A DNA stretch of 46,531 nucleotides from Flectonema sp. DT1601 (lineage: Eukaryota): NCBI GenBank assembly GCA_964019425.1, contig OZ025782.1, positions 1,736,001 to 1,782,531 of the forward strand, written 5' to 3'. The notes under the pieces were generated by a model, which saw nothing but the letters and a program-made list of their open reading frames with translations, searched no databases and was not told the origin of the DNA. Positions 13,432-25,510 of this stretch are shown here, piece after piece; the first letter of the stretch is position 1, and the number at the start of each line of letters is the position of its first letter. Position numbers and translations under genes: made by a program.

Positions 13432-14142
13432 ATGGATGAAAAACTGTTGGAAGCGCGGGCCATGTACGGCAACGAAGCTGTTTCTTTTTTGCAGGTGGCG
13501 CCACCCGTAGCAGCCATGTTAATGATATTGAGTCCGACTACTACTTTGTGGCACGCAAACTCTATTGGCAGTACGGGTAACTTACCAATTATGCCTTATG
13601 CTTTGATGATGGCAAATAGCTTTGTACAGAGCGTTTTCGGAATCCTCTTGAATGACATGTCAATAACAATAACAAATACCTTCGGATTACTGTGTGCTAT
13701 CCTATACTGTGGAATCTGGTTGAGGAATAGGGATAAAGGTTCAATGCCGGTTAAGTCAGCATTCATGTCGGTTCTTGCGATATTTATTATTCTCATGACA
13801 TTATTAACATTGCCGTCAACTGATTCACAGACTGTTTCATTGGTTGGAATGTTTGGTGCCATGGTGATTGTTTTTATGTTTTCGGGACCTCTGGTTACAC
13901 TATCCCATGTCGTTCGTACCAAGAATTCATCAAGCTTAACATTGCCTTATGCTTTAGCTGGTCTGGCTTGTTGCTCGTTATGGGCGCTGTATGGTTATTT
14001 AGTAGTGCAAGAAGCTGCAGTTTGGGTTCCGAATACACTCGGAATCCTTCCGTGTCTCTCTCAGTTATTGTTATTGATCAGGTACCCCAGCAGATTAATA
14101 TCACCAAAGGGAACACCGTTGATATCTGTTCTTGATGTGTAA
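13432..14142 (+). CDS. SWEET (MtN3/saliva) sugar transporter
   Basis: About 7 hydrophobic segments in two MtN3 repeats: SP...GSTGNLPIMPY and MFSGPLVTLSHVVRTKNSSSL...WALYGYL...VWVPNTLG. Confidence 0.92.
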   Translation: MDEKLLEARAMYGNEAVSFLQVAPPVAAMLMILSPTTTLWHANSIGSTGNLPIMPYALMMANSFVQSVFGILLNDMSITITNTFGLLCAILYCGIWLRNRDKGSMPVKSAFMSVLAIFIILMTLLTLPSTDSQTVSLVGMFGAMVIVFMFSGPLVTLSHVVRTKNSSSLTLPYALAGLACCSLWALYGYLVVQEAAVWVPNTLGILPCLSQLLLLIRYPSRLISPKGTPLISVLDV

Positions 14143-14671
14143 GCATTTGCAATAACTGAATTGCGTTGCTCTTCATATTAGCTCACGTTACGTTGGTTTT
14201 TTTTTGATATCCTGCGACATGAATTGGCTCACAGCTGTTATTCACAGTTTTTGTTGTTGTCACTCTGTGAAGCTACTGATTGAATTTCACCCCCCTTTTT
14301 ATTTTTTTTTTCGAGTCAAGTAATTTACGATTGCTGACTTTGAAAATAATCCAAAGAGACAAACCTAGTATACTATATACGATAGCACGTATCGTATCTA
14401 TAGCTGAATCTTATTAAAGCAATTTGTAATAATTCGAACCGTCACTCGGATAGTAGTAGTGTTTTCACGATGCAAAAAATGAGTCTGGAAATAGATTCGT
14501 TTTTTTGATCGTGTATGCTTTCGAGAGTGCGTTTTTTATTTTTATATATAAAATTTGTATTTGTATTATTATTATTATTATTATTATCCTCTATAAACGA
14601 GGGAGGAATGGTCTAGCTGAATAGATCCATGTTTTCATAATATTTCTGTATGTCTGCAGTGAAGAATTAAC

Positions 14672-14706
<35 letters not shown>

Positions 14707-14976
14707 TGCCTCTCGCTGGCTTCTCCTTGTAGTTATACCGTCGCAGCTGTGCAGGAAAAAAGCGTTTGAAAAAATCTTCTTTTTAGTTGCCTCTGATCTG
14801 TGTAGACTTGTACAAAAAAAAACAAAATAAAATAAAATAAAATTAAAAAAGCGACTTTTGCACTTTCTTTCATTTGTTTGGTATGTCGCGAATCTCACTT
14901 GGCATCGTTCTCTCATTATATTCTTTTTTTTTTTTTTTTTTTTGCATTGCAACTTACAGTTGATTGTGAAAAAAAA

Positions 14977-15115
14977 GAATCGGCAAACTTCACTTTTTTA
15001 CTTGCTCACACACTTTTATTTTGTTTGTGCGCAACCGGTACAAAATCCTAATAAAGGAATAGGTTAGTTACGCTGCCACAATTCTCTTTCTACCGAACAT
15101 TGGGTTTGTAGGTAC
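14977..15115 (+). repeat. Dispersed repeat family B, copy 1 (followed by an A-run)
   Basis: Shares GAATCRGCRAA, CTCACAC, TTTGTTTGTGCGCAACC, TAGGTTAG, TTCTACCGA and TGGGTTTGTRGGTAC(A)n, in the same order, with 25039-25154. Confidence 0.75.
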
Positions 15116-16269
15116 AAAAAAAAAAAATGTTGAGCAGACTCTCTTTAGCTCCCACAGTTAAGCAAGTTTGCCGATCATTCGTAACAAAGTAAAATTGGAT
15201 AATGCGAAAAAAAAAAAAAAAAATTACAGAATGAAAAAAAAAAAAAAAAAAAAAATTGACACACTTTTTATAACATAAACAACTCGATAGCTTTCCCCGC
15301 TGTTCACTCACCTTTGTTGATGAATTTGGTCAGTTTTTTTTTCCCCCTTTTTTTTTTAAAAATAAAACCCTTTTACTAATTCAGTTTTGTTGAACACCCA
15401 ATTAATGTTAAAAAGCAATCGAAACCTCACTAAATAATATTCTCCATCTGTTTTTGTTTGTGATCAACCAAGAAAAAAAACCTCTAAGACGGTAAGAAAC
15501 GAGCAGGTTTTGGGCCACTTTATGTTGGCTTTTTTTGGTGTATTTTGGGCCATAACCCTTTTTTATTTGCTGTGCAATACCCCATTTTTGCTTCTTATTT
15601 TTTTTTATTGTACCGACGCAGTCGGTATGAAACATAAGGCTAATCTGAATAGTTCTTCTTCTTCTTCTTCTTTTTTTTTTTTCTCTCCTCGCGTGTTTAT
15701 TCTCAGTAACCTGAATGTATGTTCTTTTTTTTTAAAAATTGAGCTTATTGTGATTATAATTGTAGAGAGGGTAATATTAATGGATTTTCTGGATAACGTT
15801 CGTGCTTTCGACAAATATTTTGCTTTGCAATACATACATAGTTATACGCTGCTTGTTCGTCGAGTTTTTCCAAATGTTAACTCCTTGGGTTATGTTAAGG
15901 CCGCCACCCCATCGCACTCAATGCTCAATGTGGGCTTTGTAAGCAATTTCTAATAGAAACTACGGTTTTATTTTATTTACTATTTTTTTTTTTTGTTAAA
16001 AAAAAACTATGCAACTCCGATTTACTTTGCAGAGAAAAGAGAAAAGAAAGAAAGAAAAAAAAAAAAATTAAAAAAATTAAATAAGCGTTCTTATTCATTC
16101 TCTTTTTTTTTATTAGTATACCTCTTGAGGGAATGTTTTCTTTATCGCTGGCATTGTGTCATTTCCACAGCTATTTTTTTTTTGGCTGATTTTCTAGTGT
16201 GTTTCGCAGACATTATAAAATTATCTTCACTAACAAAATTTTCACAGAAGGAAAAAAAAAAAAAAAAAA

Positions 16270-17057
16270 ATGGCCGCATTAACAACAGCTGACTACATGT
16301 CAGCTAACCAGATACCGCTTTTGATTGATGCATTGAAATCTTCGTTGGAGAAGGACAAACCTTTGGACCCGTTGGAGTACATATCCGAAATAGTGAAGAG
16401 CGTTCCAAAACACAAAATGATAATAAAAGGAGCTCCAGCTTCTGGAAAGGGTACTCAATGTGATAAATTAGTTAAGCAATTAGGTGTCATACACATCAGC
16501 ACTGGAGATATATTACGCGATGAAATAGCAAAGAAAAGCAAACTTGGGATGAAAGCAAAAGAGCATGTCGCTGCTGGGAGGCTAGTCCCGGATGAATTAG
16601 TCATTGATTTGGTTAAAAACAGACTTCAGCAGAAGGATGTAGAAGAAAGGGGTTGGCTTTTGGATGGGTTTCCAAGAACAAGTACACAAGCAAGGATAAT
16701 GATTAAGGAAGGAATTATACCCGAATGTGTTATGAGACTTGATGTGCCTGACAAGGATATTATTAATCGAGTTCAAGGTCGAAGAATAGATCCAATCACA
16801 AAAAAGGTATATCACATAACTAACAAACCACCACCACCAGGAGTAAAGGTCGTCCAACGTCCTGATGACACTATCACTGCTATTAAACTTCGTCTTCAAA
16901 CGTACCATTCTAATTTAGACTCAATGCTTGCCTGTTACACGTGTCCTGTATACGTTATTAGGGGAAACAACGAAAATCAGGTTCACAGCAAAATCATTTC
17001 AGCCTATCAGAAACTAAGGTGGTCAAAACTTCATAAGGGATCGAGTCCTAAGATGTA

Positions 17058-17058
<1 letters not shown>
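16270..17058 (+). CDS. Adenylate kinase with N-terminal RIIa/Dpy-30-like docking domain
   Basis: P-loop GAPASGKGT, HISTGDILR, LVPDE, GWLLDGFPR, QRPDD. N-terminal DYMSANQIPLLIDALKSSLEKDKPLDPLEYI resembles a dimerisation/docking domain. Confidence 0.93.

Positions 17059-17087
<29 letters not shown>
17058..17087. repeat. (ATT)n microsatellite directly after the adenylate kinase stop codon
   Basis: About 10 ATT units visible; a similar tract lies near 14564-14587. Confidence 0.9.
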
Positions 17088-17088
<1 letters not shown>

Positions 17089-17320
17089 GAACCCCCTACC
17101 GTTCAGGGCTTCAGTCCGGCACCAACACCACTGCGCTATTACGGATTTGAGAAAACTTCCGCCCAGAATAGCGGGCCAACGATTTTAGAAAAGCTACACA
17201 AGGCCGTGACCGTAGTATACGTTTCTCCAAACCTGGGGGTGGATATATAGGTTTTCCCTTATTATTTTTGTTGATGTCATAAGTTATTGTGTTTAAACTA
17301 ACGAAGGGTGAATTAATTAA

Positions 17321-17353
<33 letters not shown>

Positions 17354-17507
17354 CGGCAAAATGGATACTGTACTATAAAATCAGATTCTGTTTTCAACAC
17401 AAAAACGATACTGTGAGAACATACTTCTTTTTTTCTTTCTTTTTTTCGATTTTTTTTTTGTTATTCTAGCGTGTCAGAATACAAAAAAAAAAAAAAAAAA
17501 AAAAACG

Positions 17508-17578
17508 AGCACCCGCGGTAATTCCAGCACCAATAGCGTATATTAATGCTGCTGCTGTTAAAAAGCTCGTAGTTGGAT
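17508..17578 (+). pseudogene. Isolated fragment of SSU (18S) rRNA gene (530-loop/helix 18 region, just before V4)
   Basis: AGCACCCGCGGTAATTCCAGCACCAATAGCGTATATTAATGCTGCTGCTGTTAAAAAGCTCGTAGTTGGAT closely matches the conserved eukaryotic 18S segment. It is preceded by a poly(A) run, not by more rDNA. Confidence 0.9.
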
Positions 17579-17891
17579 CCAGAGTACAAGTTACATCGGG
17601 CTTCCTCGGTGGTAGCTCCGTCCATTGGTCTGAATTAATTGTTTCTATTTCAGTTTCTTTTTTTCTACTCGTCCTTTTACTATCTGTCAGATCTAGTGAA
17701 TGATTACGCTACTTGATGGATTGTGTAAATGGCAAAAACGTTTTGCGTGTTCAAAAAAAAAAAAAATAACTTTTATGTGGTGTTTTTTTTCCCCCTTTCT
17801 TTTTTTCTTGATTCTATTACTCTTATTTTCATATTATAATCAGTGTTATTTACACATAACAAAAACAAAAAAAAACAAAACAAAAAAAAAA

Positions 17892-18896
17892 ATGATTTGT
17901 CTCGATGATACCCTTTTCTGCAGAAGCATCCCTTCCCTTCCGATAAGATCGGCAGCGGAACAGGCGATGAAAAATGTTGAGCTCTGCAGGGTAAGTGAAG
18001 TTATACCAGAAAGAATGCAGGAAGCTGAGATGAACCTGCAACTGGCAAAGCAGTTTTTTAAGGATTTTACGTGCGGGATGCATCACGGTACAGTAGCCGA
18101 ATGTTTCAGTATGTGGTTCACAGATGACATTGAGTGGTCAACTTACCAAATGCCACTTCCCCTATTCTCTGTTGGAAAGAGAGATACTGTCCTCGCCTAC
18201 AACTTAGTTTGCAACAAAACATTCGGAGGCCCCACCAGCATCATATCCATCTATGTTAACTCAATAAAACTTATTAATCACGATAGGGCTTTAGTTGAAG
18301 TTACTTATTCTATCTTGCAAGGAGGTTGGGAAGAACCTTCGATTAACGTAAACCGTTCTTATTTGCGTTTTCGCAATGGAAGAATCTGTGAAATGTTAAC
18401 AACAAAAGGAATTAATTGCGATCAGGCTATTGGTTCATGTTTAGAAGCGACAATTCAACCGGTTCAGCCACAGCCGTTGATGAAGAGAGGACCTGATGGA
18501 AATAGTGATGTGTCATCATGCGGGTTATCTGAATCGATGATGCCTTCTACACCAGATGATGGGGGACTTCCTCCATTAGAGAATCCTTTTAGCGATGAGC
18601 AGCCACCTGCCTTGGAAGATCCATCTCTTCCAACCCCACCACCAGCTGTTGTACGACCATGTCAACACAATAATTGGGATAGTGTTAGGGTTAAAAGGCA
18701 GCTTGCTGTTCTTCGCTGTCGTGTTTGCTGCGCTCAGTGGAAGCTTCGTGCAAAGAAAATCAACCGTTGTCATTCATTCATGGATCGTGGTGTCTGTACG
18801 GATGCTAACTGTGGTTACCTTCATGTTAACTCACGTAAGCAAACAACATCCGAAAGACAACTTGCTCATGACATGGATATGGAATTTAAAGATTAA
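17892..18896 (+). CDS. Hypothetical protein: NTF2/SnoaL-like N-terminal domain, Pro-rich linker, C-terminal Cys/His zinc-finger-like domain
   Basis: WFTDDIEW...SVGKRDTV and YLRFRNGRICEM resemble SnoaL-like folds. C-terminal PCQHNNWDSVRVKRQLAVLRCRVCCAQW...RCHSFMDRGVCTDANCGYLHV. ATG 17892 follows an A-run; the ORF-track extension to 17700 reads through low-complexity sequence. Confidence 0.75.
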   Translation: MICLDDTLFCRSIPSLPIRSAAEQAMKNVELCRVSEVIPERMQEAEMNLQLAKQFFKDFTCGMHHGTVAECFSMWFTDDIEWSTYQMPLPLFSVGKRDTVLAYNLVCNKTFGGPTSIISIYVNSIKLINHDRALVEVTYSILQGGWEEPSINVNRSYLRFRNGRICEMLTTKGINCDQAIGSCLEATIQPVQPQPLMKRGPDGNSDVSSCGLSESMMPSTPDDGGLPPLENPFSDEQPPALEDPSLPTPPPAVVRPCQHNNWDSVRVKRQLAVLRCRVCCAQWKLRAKKINRCHSFMDRGVCTDANCGYLHVNSRKQTTSERQLAHDMDMEFKD

Positions 18897-20486
18897 AAAC
18901 AAGGTGTTAAAATGGTAGTCTTCTCTCTTGCTCTCTCACTCTCTCTTTCGTGATTCTTTAAATCTTATTCAAGTTTCCAGCTTGACGCACCTCGAGGGTC
19001 CGCAAGCTTTCTATGGTCTTGTTTTAAGTTAAATAGACTGAAATCGACGTATCAAACCTCCCCTGTCCTTACTCTACGTAAGTTTGTTTCTTTTCGTTAT
19101 GTTTTCACAACTGCAGGTTGTCAAAAGCAAAACTCAGTTGGTAATTGTGCTCTGTGGCAACTCCCTAAGAGTTCTTGGGAGTCGTCACGCTAGCAAAAAC
19201 AAATTGTGCCGTGGTTGCTCACTCATTTTTTTTCCTTTTTTTTTTTTTTGTTTGTCCGGCAGAAGTGTTGTATTCGCCTACGGAAATATTTCATTGGTAA
19301 GTACGTCAGGGTGAACCCTCTCAACCGACTCGCAAAGAGTGTTGCCAAAAAACTTTTTTAAAAATATTATTTTTTTTAAAATATATTTTATTATTTTAAT
19401 ATATATTTTTTCATTCTTCTTCCTTTCCCTGAAACCGCAGAACCGTACTTTTCAGTTGAGATAAACAGCTGAAGAAATTATTGGTAGCAATCCGGCTCTC
19501 TAAACAGGATTGGTTTCTATGATGAAAGTTAACAGTTTCATAAATAATAATAAAAAAAAAAAAAAGAAAAAAAAAAAAAAAAGGCGGCAAAGCCTGTTGT
19601 TCCCCTTCGTTCAATGCTTCACTTTGATAATTATTTAAAACGAAACACTGGTAATCATAAAATTTCATAGTCAATTACTTTTTACGGGTATGCGATTATA
19701 GTATATTTGTTCTAATTTGGCAAGAGTGGGTTCGTTGGCATCTTTTGTTGGGAATAGTTTTTCTTTTTTTTTTTTCTGCCATAGTCTTACGCATAAAAAT
19801 CAAAGTTAACATGACGCTTCAAAGAGTTGCCGATACTAGTATTTTCATTAACTCCTCTTTCTTGTTTTTCCCTACGTATTTCCTTTTCTGCTGTGAATCA
19901 TTTTTTTTTTTTTTTTATTTTTTTTAATTTAAAAAATAATATCGACGAAGATAAAACATCGACGAACGGAAGAAAAAAAAAAAAAAAAAAAAAAAGAACT
20001 TTGAAACATATCGTTGCGTCTTTCAGCACGAACGATTGCGCCGTTTCGCAAAGAAACTCGTTTGGTTGCAACCTACGAAAGACTAGTAAGGGTCCACCCC
20101 TTCCTTTTTTCCCCCTTGGAACTACTCTGACCTTCAGCTTTTGTATTAATATAAGTCTCACGTAGTAGATACTTTTAGGATACGTCGCTCAGTAGTTACA
20201 ATTTTCTTTCGTTTTCTTTTTCTTTTAGACATGTTCTCCTGTCTTTTTTTTGACCTCGAAAACACAATGTAGCTGGTCTTCATCGGCCCTCTTGGCAGAC
20301 ACGTCCCTGTCCCTGACCTTGAGCCACGGTAGTTGGTTGAGCTGTTTTGAACTAGTTGCAATCAGTTTTTGACTAGGTTTTTATTATTATTATTTTATTT
20401 TTTTTAAAAAAAATTTTACTTCTCTTCTTTTTTTTTTCTTTCAAATTCTCTCTTCTAAACCTCGTAATATAGCTGTAAATGGTGTT

Positions 20487-20529
<43 letters not shown>

Positions 20530-22259
20530 ATATTTTGTGTTCTGCAAAAAAACACGTAACCAAACACGGTAGACCTGCAGCCAGCTCAGTTATGTATTTT
20601 TATTTTATTTTTTCATGGATCATGGAATTCAATCATGATCTCTTATAACACGCAGACACACAGCACCGGCTGTTAAAGTGTAGTTATTTAGTTCTAATCG
20701 CTCGTGTAATAAGACTGCGAGATATATCAGTATGTCTTAGTGCCGGAGTGGTCCAATTTTGTGAATTGTTTTTCCCGTTTCCCCCATTACTCTGTTGTGT
20801 TATGTATTCTGTAGTTGGTGGTCGTCATTTTTTTGTATTTACGTTTTTTCGATAGGAATTGTTACTTTGATGGTTCCTTTACGAAAACAGTTGTGATGCT
20901 CCTTTTTTAGAATACTAATGAACAAAAAAAAAAAAAAAAAAAAAAAAAAATCGAAGAAAAAAAAAATAACAATCGACTAACCCCCCTGTCTCCTTTTCCC
21001 CTTAACTTGTGTCCTATTAGTTACCTCAAAAGGCTGAATTAAACATCACCGGAGTCACTGTGTCTTTAACAGATATTAAATTATGTTATCGAATGTTATG
21101 ATACAAAGCAAATAACGTATTTTACGAAGCTAAAAATCAATCGTTCCTTGTCTGAGATATTCAGTACAAACTCAAACTTAATTTACTTAAGGTTCGTTCT
21201 ACTAAATAACAAAACAAAACATATTTTTTTTTTCTTTTTTAATAAAGAATTGTTTATGTTTCGATATGTAATTAGTAGGTGAAATCTACACTCTGCCGTA
21301 TTCCATTGTACTCCCCTGGTTTACCCTCTTAGGGCTCACGACTACTATACGATTGAATTACTTGATTCCGTACTGTACTGTGTGAATACAGATGAATTAT
21401 AACATTGATTTTGACGTAGGGTCTTCCAGAGTGTTTTTTTTTTTTTTTTTTTTTTTTTTTTTCTCTCTCCCTCCCCCTTTTTGTTTTTTCCTAACGTTTA
21501 GCCGACACTGTATCATAAAAATTGCTAATTTTTGTTTTTATGTTACTTTAACTTTTTTGATACAATAACAATATATTTATATCTTTGTAAGTATGATTTT
21601 TAATAAAAAAAAAAAAAAAAAAAGTAAACTCCATTTATCCAACTCATGATTTTTTTTTTTTTATTTAAATTCTGACATCAGGTGTGGTTGCGTAACAGAG
21701 GAGATAGACGACCGAGGCAGTGTATAAGGTCTTGTTCTTCTTGTAGAGCAAACACTAGTTGTTGTCCGTTTTTGTGCTTTCGTTTAACTAAGACAGCTGC
21801 CGGTACTCTGGCTGCTCACAGTTGATGTAATCGATGCTTCTAAGAGAGAATTTAAATTTTTAACAAAAAAAAAAAAAAAAAAAAAAAAAAGCACATTTGT
21901 GTTTTCAGCTTTGCTGCGACATGTTATGTTGTTTGTGTGTGTTAAGCCGTGGATTCCAAGCATTCACCATAGTAACTTAACTGGTGATTTAAAAAAAAAA
22001 AAAAAAAAAGAAGTGTTATGGAATCCATGCATTGTCTTCTTCAGCTATTGTATCGCTGTCTCATTCTCCTCCCTTTATTGAAGTATGGTCGTGTTCTGTA
22101 CTTCAGCGGTGTGCATCATTTTTTTATTTTTTAGATCGATTCATTTTACTACACTCAGCTAGGCGACTAATACTTCTAGTTTACCTTTCGGTGTGTAAGA
22201 CCTCAAAAAAGTATCTAACTTTTTTCAATGCTTGTTCGCTTCAGATACCTTTTCTTTAG

Positions 22260-22335
22260 CGATTGGGTCCTTACTCATGCGGGCTACCCAGACCCCACGC
22301 AGTTAATCAGAACTGGATTTTGCTAACTAACTTAC
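22260..22335 (+). repeat. Dispersed repeat family C, copy 1
   Basis: CGATTGGGTC...GGGYTACYCAGACCC...TAATCAG...GGATTTTGC is shared with 25441-25510. Confidence 0.7.
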
Positions 22336-22605
22336 TTTCATTTTTCATTTTTTGACATTGTTTTGCAAAAAAAGTATTTTAAAAAAAAAAAACAACTTTA
22401 ATTGGCTTTATTATCTTGGTATTTCACTTTCTCTTATTTACATTCTCTCCTCTTCATACTTTCTTTCGCGGATATCGTACAAGTTAAAACCTAAGCGCAT
22501 ATAGCCTCCAAAAGTTGAATCTTAACGCTTGTCGAAATGTTACGGCCCTTAAGGCACAATAAACGATAATAGTCGAGGTGGGTTCATCTGGTTGATAATT
22601 TTATA

Positions 22606-22648
<43 letters not shown>

Positions 22649-23095
22649 TCTCAAAGGTTATGAACTTGTTCCTGGAATGCAAATATATTCTGACATTCTG
22701 GCAAGCTTGTTCCTCGAACCAATACTAGACGGAACCTTCTTCTTTTTTTTTTTTTTTTTTTTTCATTTCCCTCTTCACTTGTGTTTTGTTTCGCTAATGT
22801 GACGTCTCTGAGGCTACCTGGTGTTTTCTTATTTATTTATTTATTTATTTTTTTTTTCCCCTCCTCTTTTGTATTGTTATGTGCATCAAATCCACTATGT
22901 TCTTGTAATTCGTTGCGCCAGTTAATGTTAACCTGTATCAGTATGGTTATCAATCGCGGCTTAAGTATATAAGCTAGTATGTAGCTGGTGATGCATGTTT
23001 CAGCAAAAGTGTCATCAAAAAAAAAAAAAAAAAAATCAAAAAAAAAAAATCAATACATTATCAGTTATGTTCACAACTATTTTAGTTGAGATTTA

Positions 23096-23126
<31 letters not shown>

Positions 23127-23732
23127 TGTTATCCAATATTCTAATATAACCTATTATCATTTTCGGAGACGAACAAAAAAAAAGGAAAAAAAAAAAAAAT
23201 GAAAATGAAAATGAAATAAAATAAGAATCCAATGGCTTTGAAGCTGTGTTTTTCGCTACTCATTTGGTTCTAACTTAAATTAGTGCGTTTTTTGTTTTAA
23301 TTTTTCTCTTCTTTTCCCCCTTCTAAATCTAAACAAAGAGGAAAATGTAGTTCTTCATGTTTGGTCCTAAGGGGTCTAAAGTCAATGAGAATTACGTTTT
23401 TTTCTTTCTTTTCTTGTTTTTTATTTTTTTTTTTCTAGTATGGTGAAACAACTAGGTGTTTGGATCAATGCCTTATGCCTGATGCCCCATTGCTACAAGT
23501 ATTCAACACGATGCAGTGTTTTTTTTATATTTTTTATTCCCTTAAATAGAGAGATAACCTCTAGCTTTTTTTATTTGCTCTTTCTTACAGTCCTAAGATC
23601 TTTGGCTCTTAGATTTTTAATCAGGAACAAAAACAATGTTTATCTACCTTTTTCTTTTTTTTTTTTAAAAGGGGGTGGGTAAATGTTGGCTTTTTCGAAT
23701 TATATTAAAAAAAAAAATAAAAAATGAAAATG

Positions 23733-23771
<39 letters not shown>

Positions 23772-25038
23772 TAACGGATATATAAAGTAAATTAACAAGT
23801 ACGTAAGTGCCGATTCGATGTACTCGGGTCTGTGTGTCACTTAATTGCTGGTTATCTTTTTTCTCTCGAAATTCCCCCCCTCCCAAAATATATTTTATTT
23901 AAATCTTTTGTTGTGTGAAAGCAGATTTTCATCCACAAAAAAAAAAAAAAAAAAAAGGAGAATTGTATACAACGTAGACTGCTGTAGCAGTGTCAGAAAC
24001 AGGACAACTTACACTTTTAAAGACTAATGGTTTTCTAAAATATGTCTTGTCATCTCTGTGTGTTTCTTTTTTTTTTTTTTTTTAAATCAGAATTTAAAAA
24101 AAAAAAAAGAAGAAGAAAAAAAAACTGGCAGTGTGCTCTGATTCTTATAAGTTGCTACAATATACACTCCCTAACTGCATGTCGTAGTGTATATCAAATA
24201 ATAGTCATTATCTCGCAAATTTACCATCATTCATCATCTTTTCTTTTCAAAAGGATAAAATTTTTTGAAAAAAAAAGTTGAGATAATTGTTTTCTTCTGC
24301 TTCTGTCTCTTCAACCCCCCCCTCTTTTTTTTTTTTTTTTTTTTTTTTATGTGTGGGTATTGAAAAAAAAATTACGAAATACTTTGCAAATATTATTATG
24401 AAAAAAAAAAAAAAACAAGGCAGTAACGGAATTTAAAGGAAAGAAAGGAACCATGATTCGATTTCATCGAGCATACCGTTATAGGTTTGGCATGGAAGTT
24501 TTTTTGTTCCTGTGATACTATCGAGTGATAGAAAAAAAAAAAGAAAAAAGAGGGAAAATGGTCCACAAACTCTGCTCTCTGTTCGATTTCTCATCGGGGC
24601 CTATTTTAATCTTATTTTTTTATGTGAGTCGAATATTTTAAATACTCTTTGTAAGAAAAAGGGGAAAAAAAAAAAAAAAAAAACTTCTTTCGTTTTCGAT
24701 TTTATCGGAAGTCTATCGATTTAGTTTTTTTTTTTCTCCCCCTCCCTTTTTTTATTTTATTTTTTTTTATTTTACATTTTTATTTTGTTTATGTGCTTTA
24801 AAATAAATAGGGAAGCGCAATTCATGTGGAGAATAGAATAAAACACCGTCAATGATTCAGAAAAGCATTGCATTCTTTTCTGTCATTCGTGGTTGGATTT
24901 AAGCATTTTTAACTAACTGACCGAACTACTTGATTATTAATAATACTAATACAAATAAGGGTGAAATGATGAAAAGGAAAACGGTTTTCAATTTTATCCA
25001 GTATCGTGTTAATTCCACGTATAAAAAAAAAAAAAAAA

Positions 25039-25154
25039 GAATCAGCGAATTGCATTACTTTTTTTACTCACACTTTTGTTTGTTTGTGCGCAACCAGGTA
25101 GGTTAGCTAAGTTGCCATAATTCTAGTTCTACCGATCAATGGGTTTGTGGGTAC
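25039..25154 (+). repeat. Dispersed repeat family B, copy 2
   Basis: Homologous to 14977-15115 but lacks about 20 nt of its internal sequence. Confidence 0.75.
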
Positions 25155-25440
25155 AAAAAAAAAAGAAACAAACAAAAAAGAAACAGTCATCGCTACCAAA
25201 CGACTTATATTAAGAAGGAACAAATATAATTTTTTCCTTCTTTTTTTTTTTTATTCATAGTTATTATAAAAAACACGGGAGGAAAAAAAAAAAAAAGAAG
25301 AAAAAAAAAAAAACAAAAAAAAAACCCGTGTTTGATTTTATCTGCGGACGTTTTTTTTGTTTTTTTGTTCTGTCTATTTCCCCCGTTAGGTATCTCTGGG
25401 CAAGGTGGACAGGGGCGATCCTTCCAGTCGAAGCTAACAC

Positions 25441-25510
25441 CGATTGGGTCTTCTGCCGTATGGGTTACTCAGACCCTCAGTAATCAGTTCCGGATTTTGC
25501 AACTTACTAA
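25441..25510 (+). repeat. Dispersed repeat family C, copy 2
   Basis: Homologous to 22260-22335. Confidence 0.7.
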
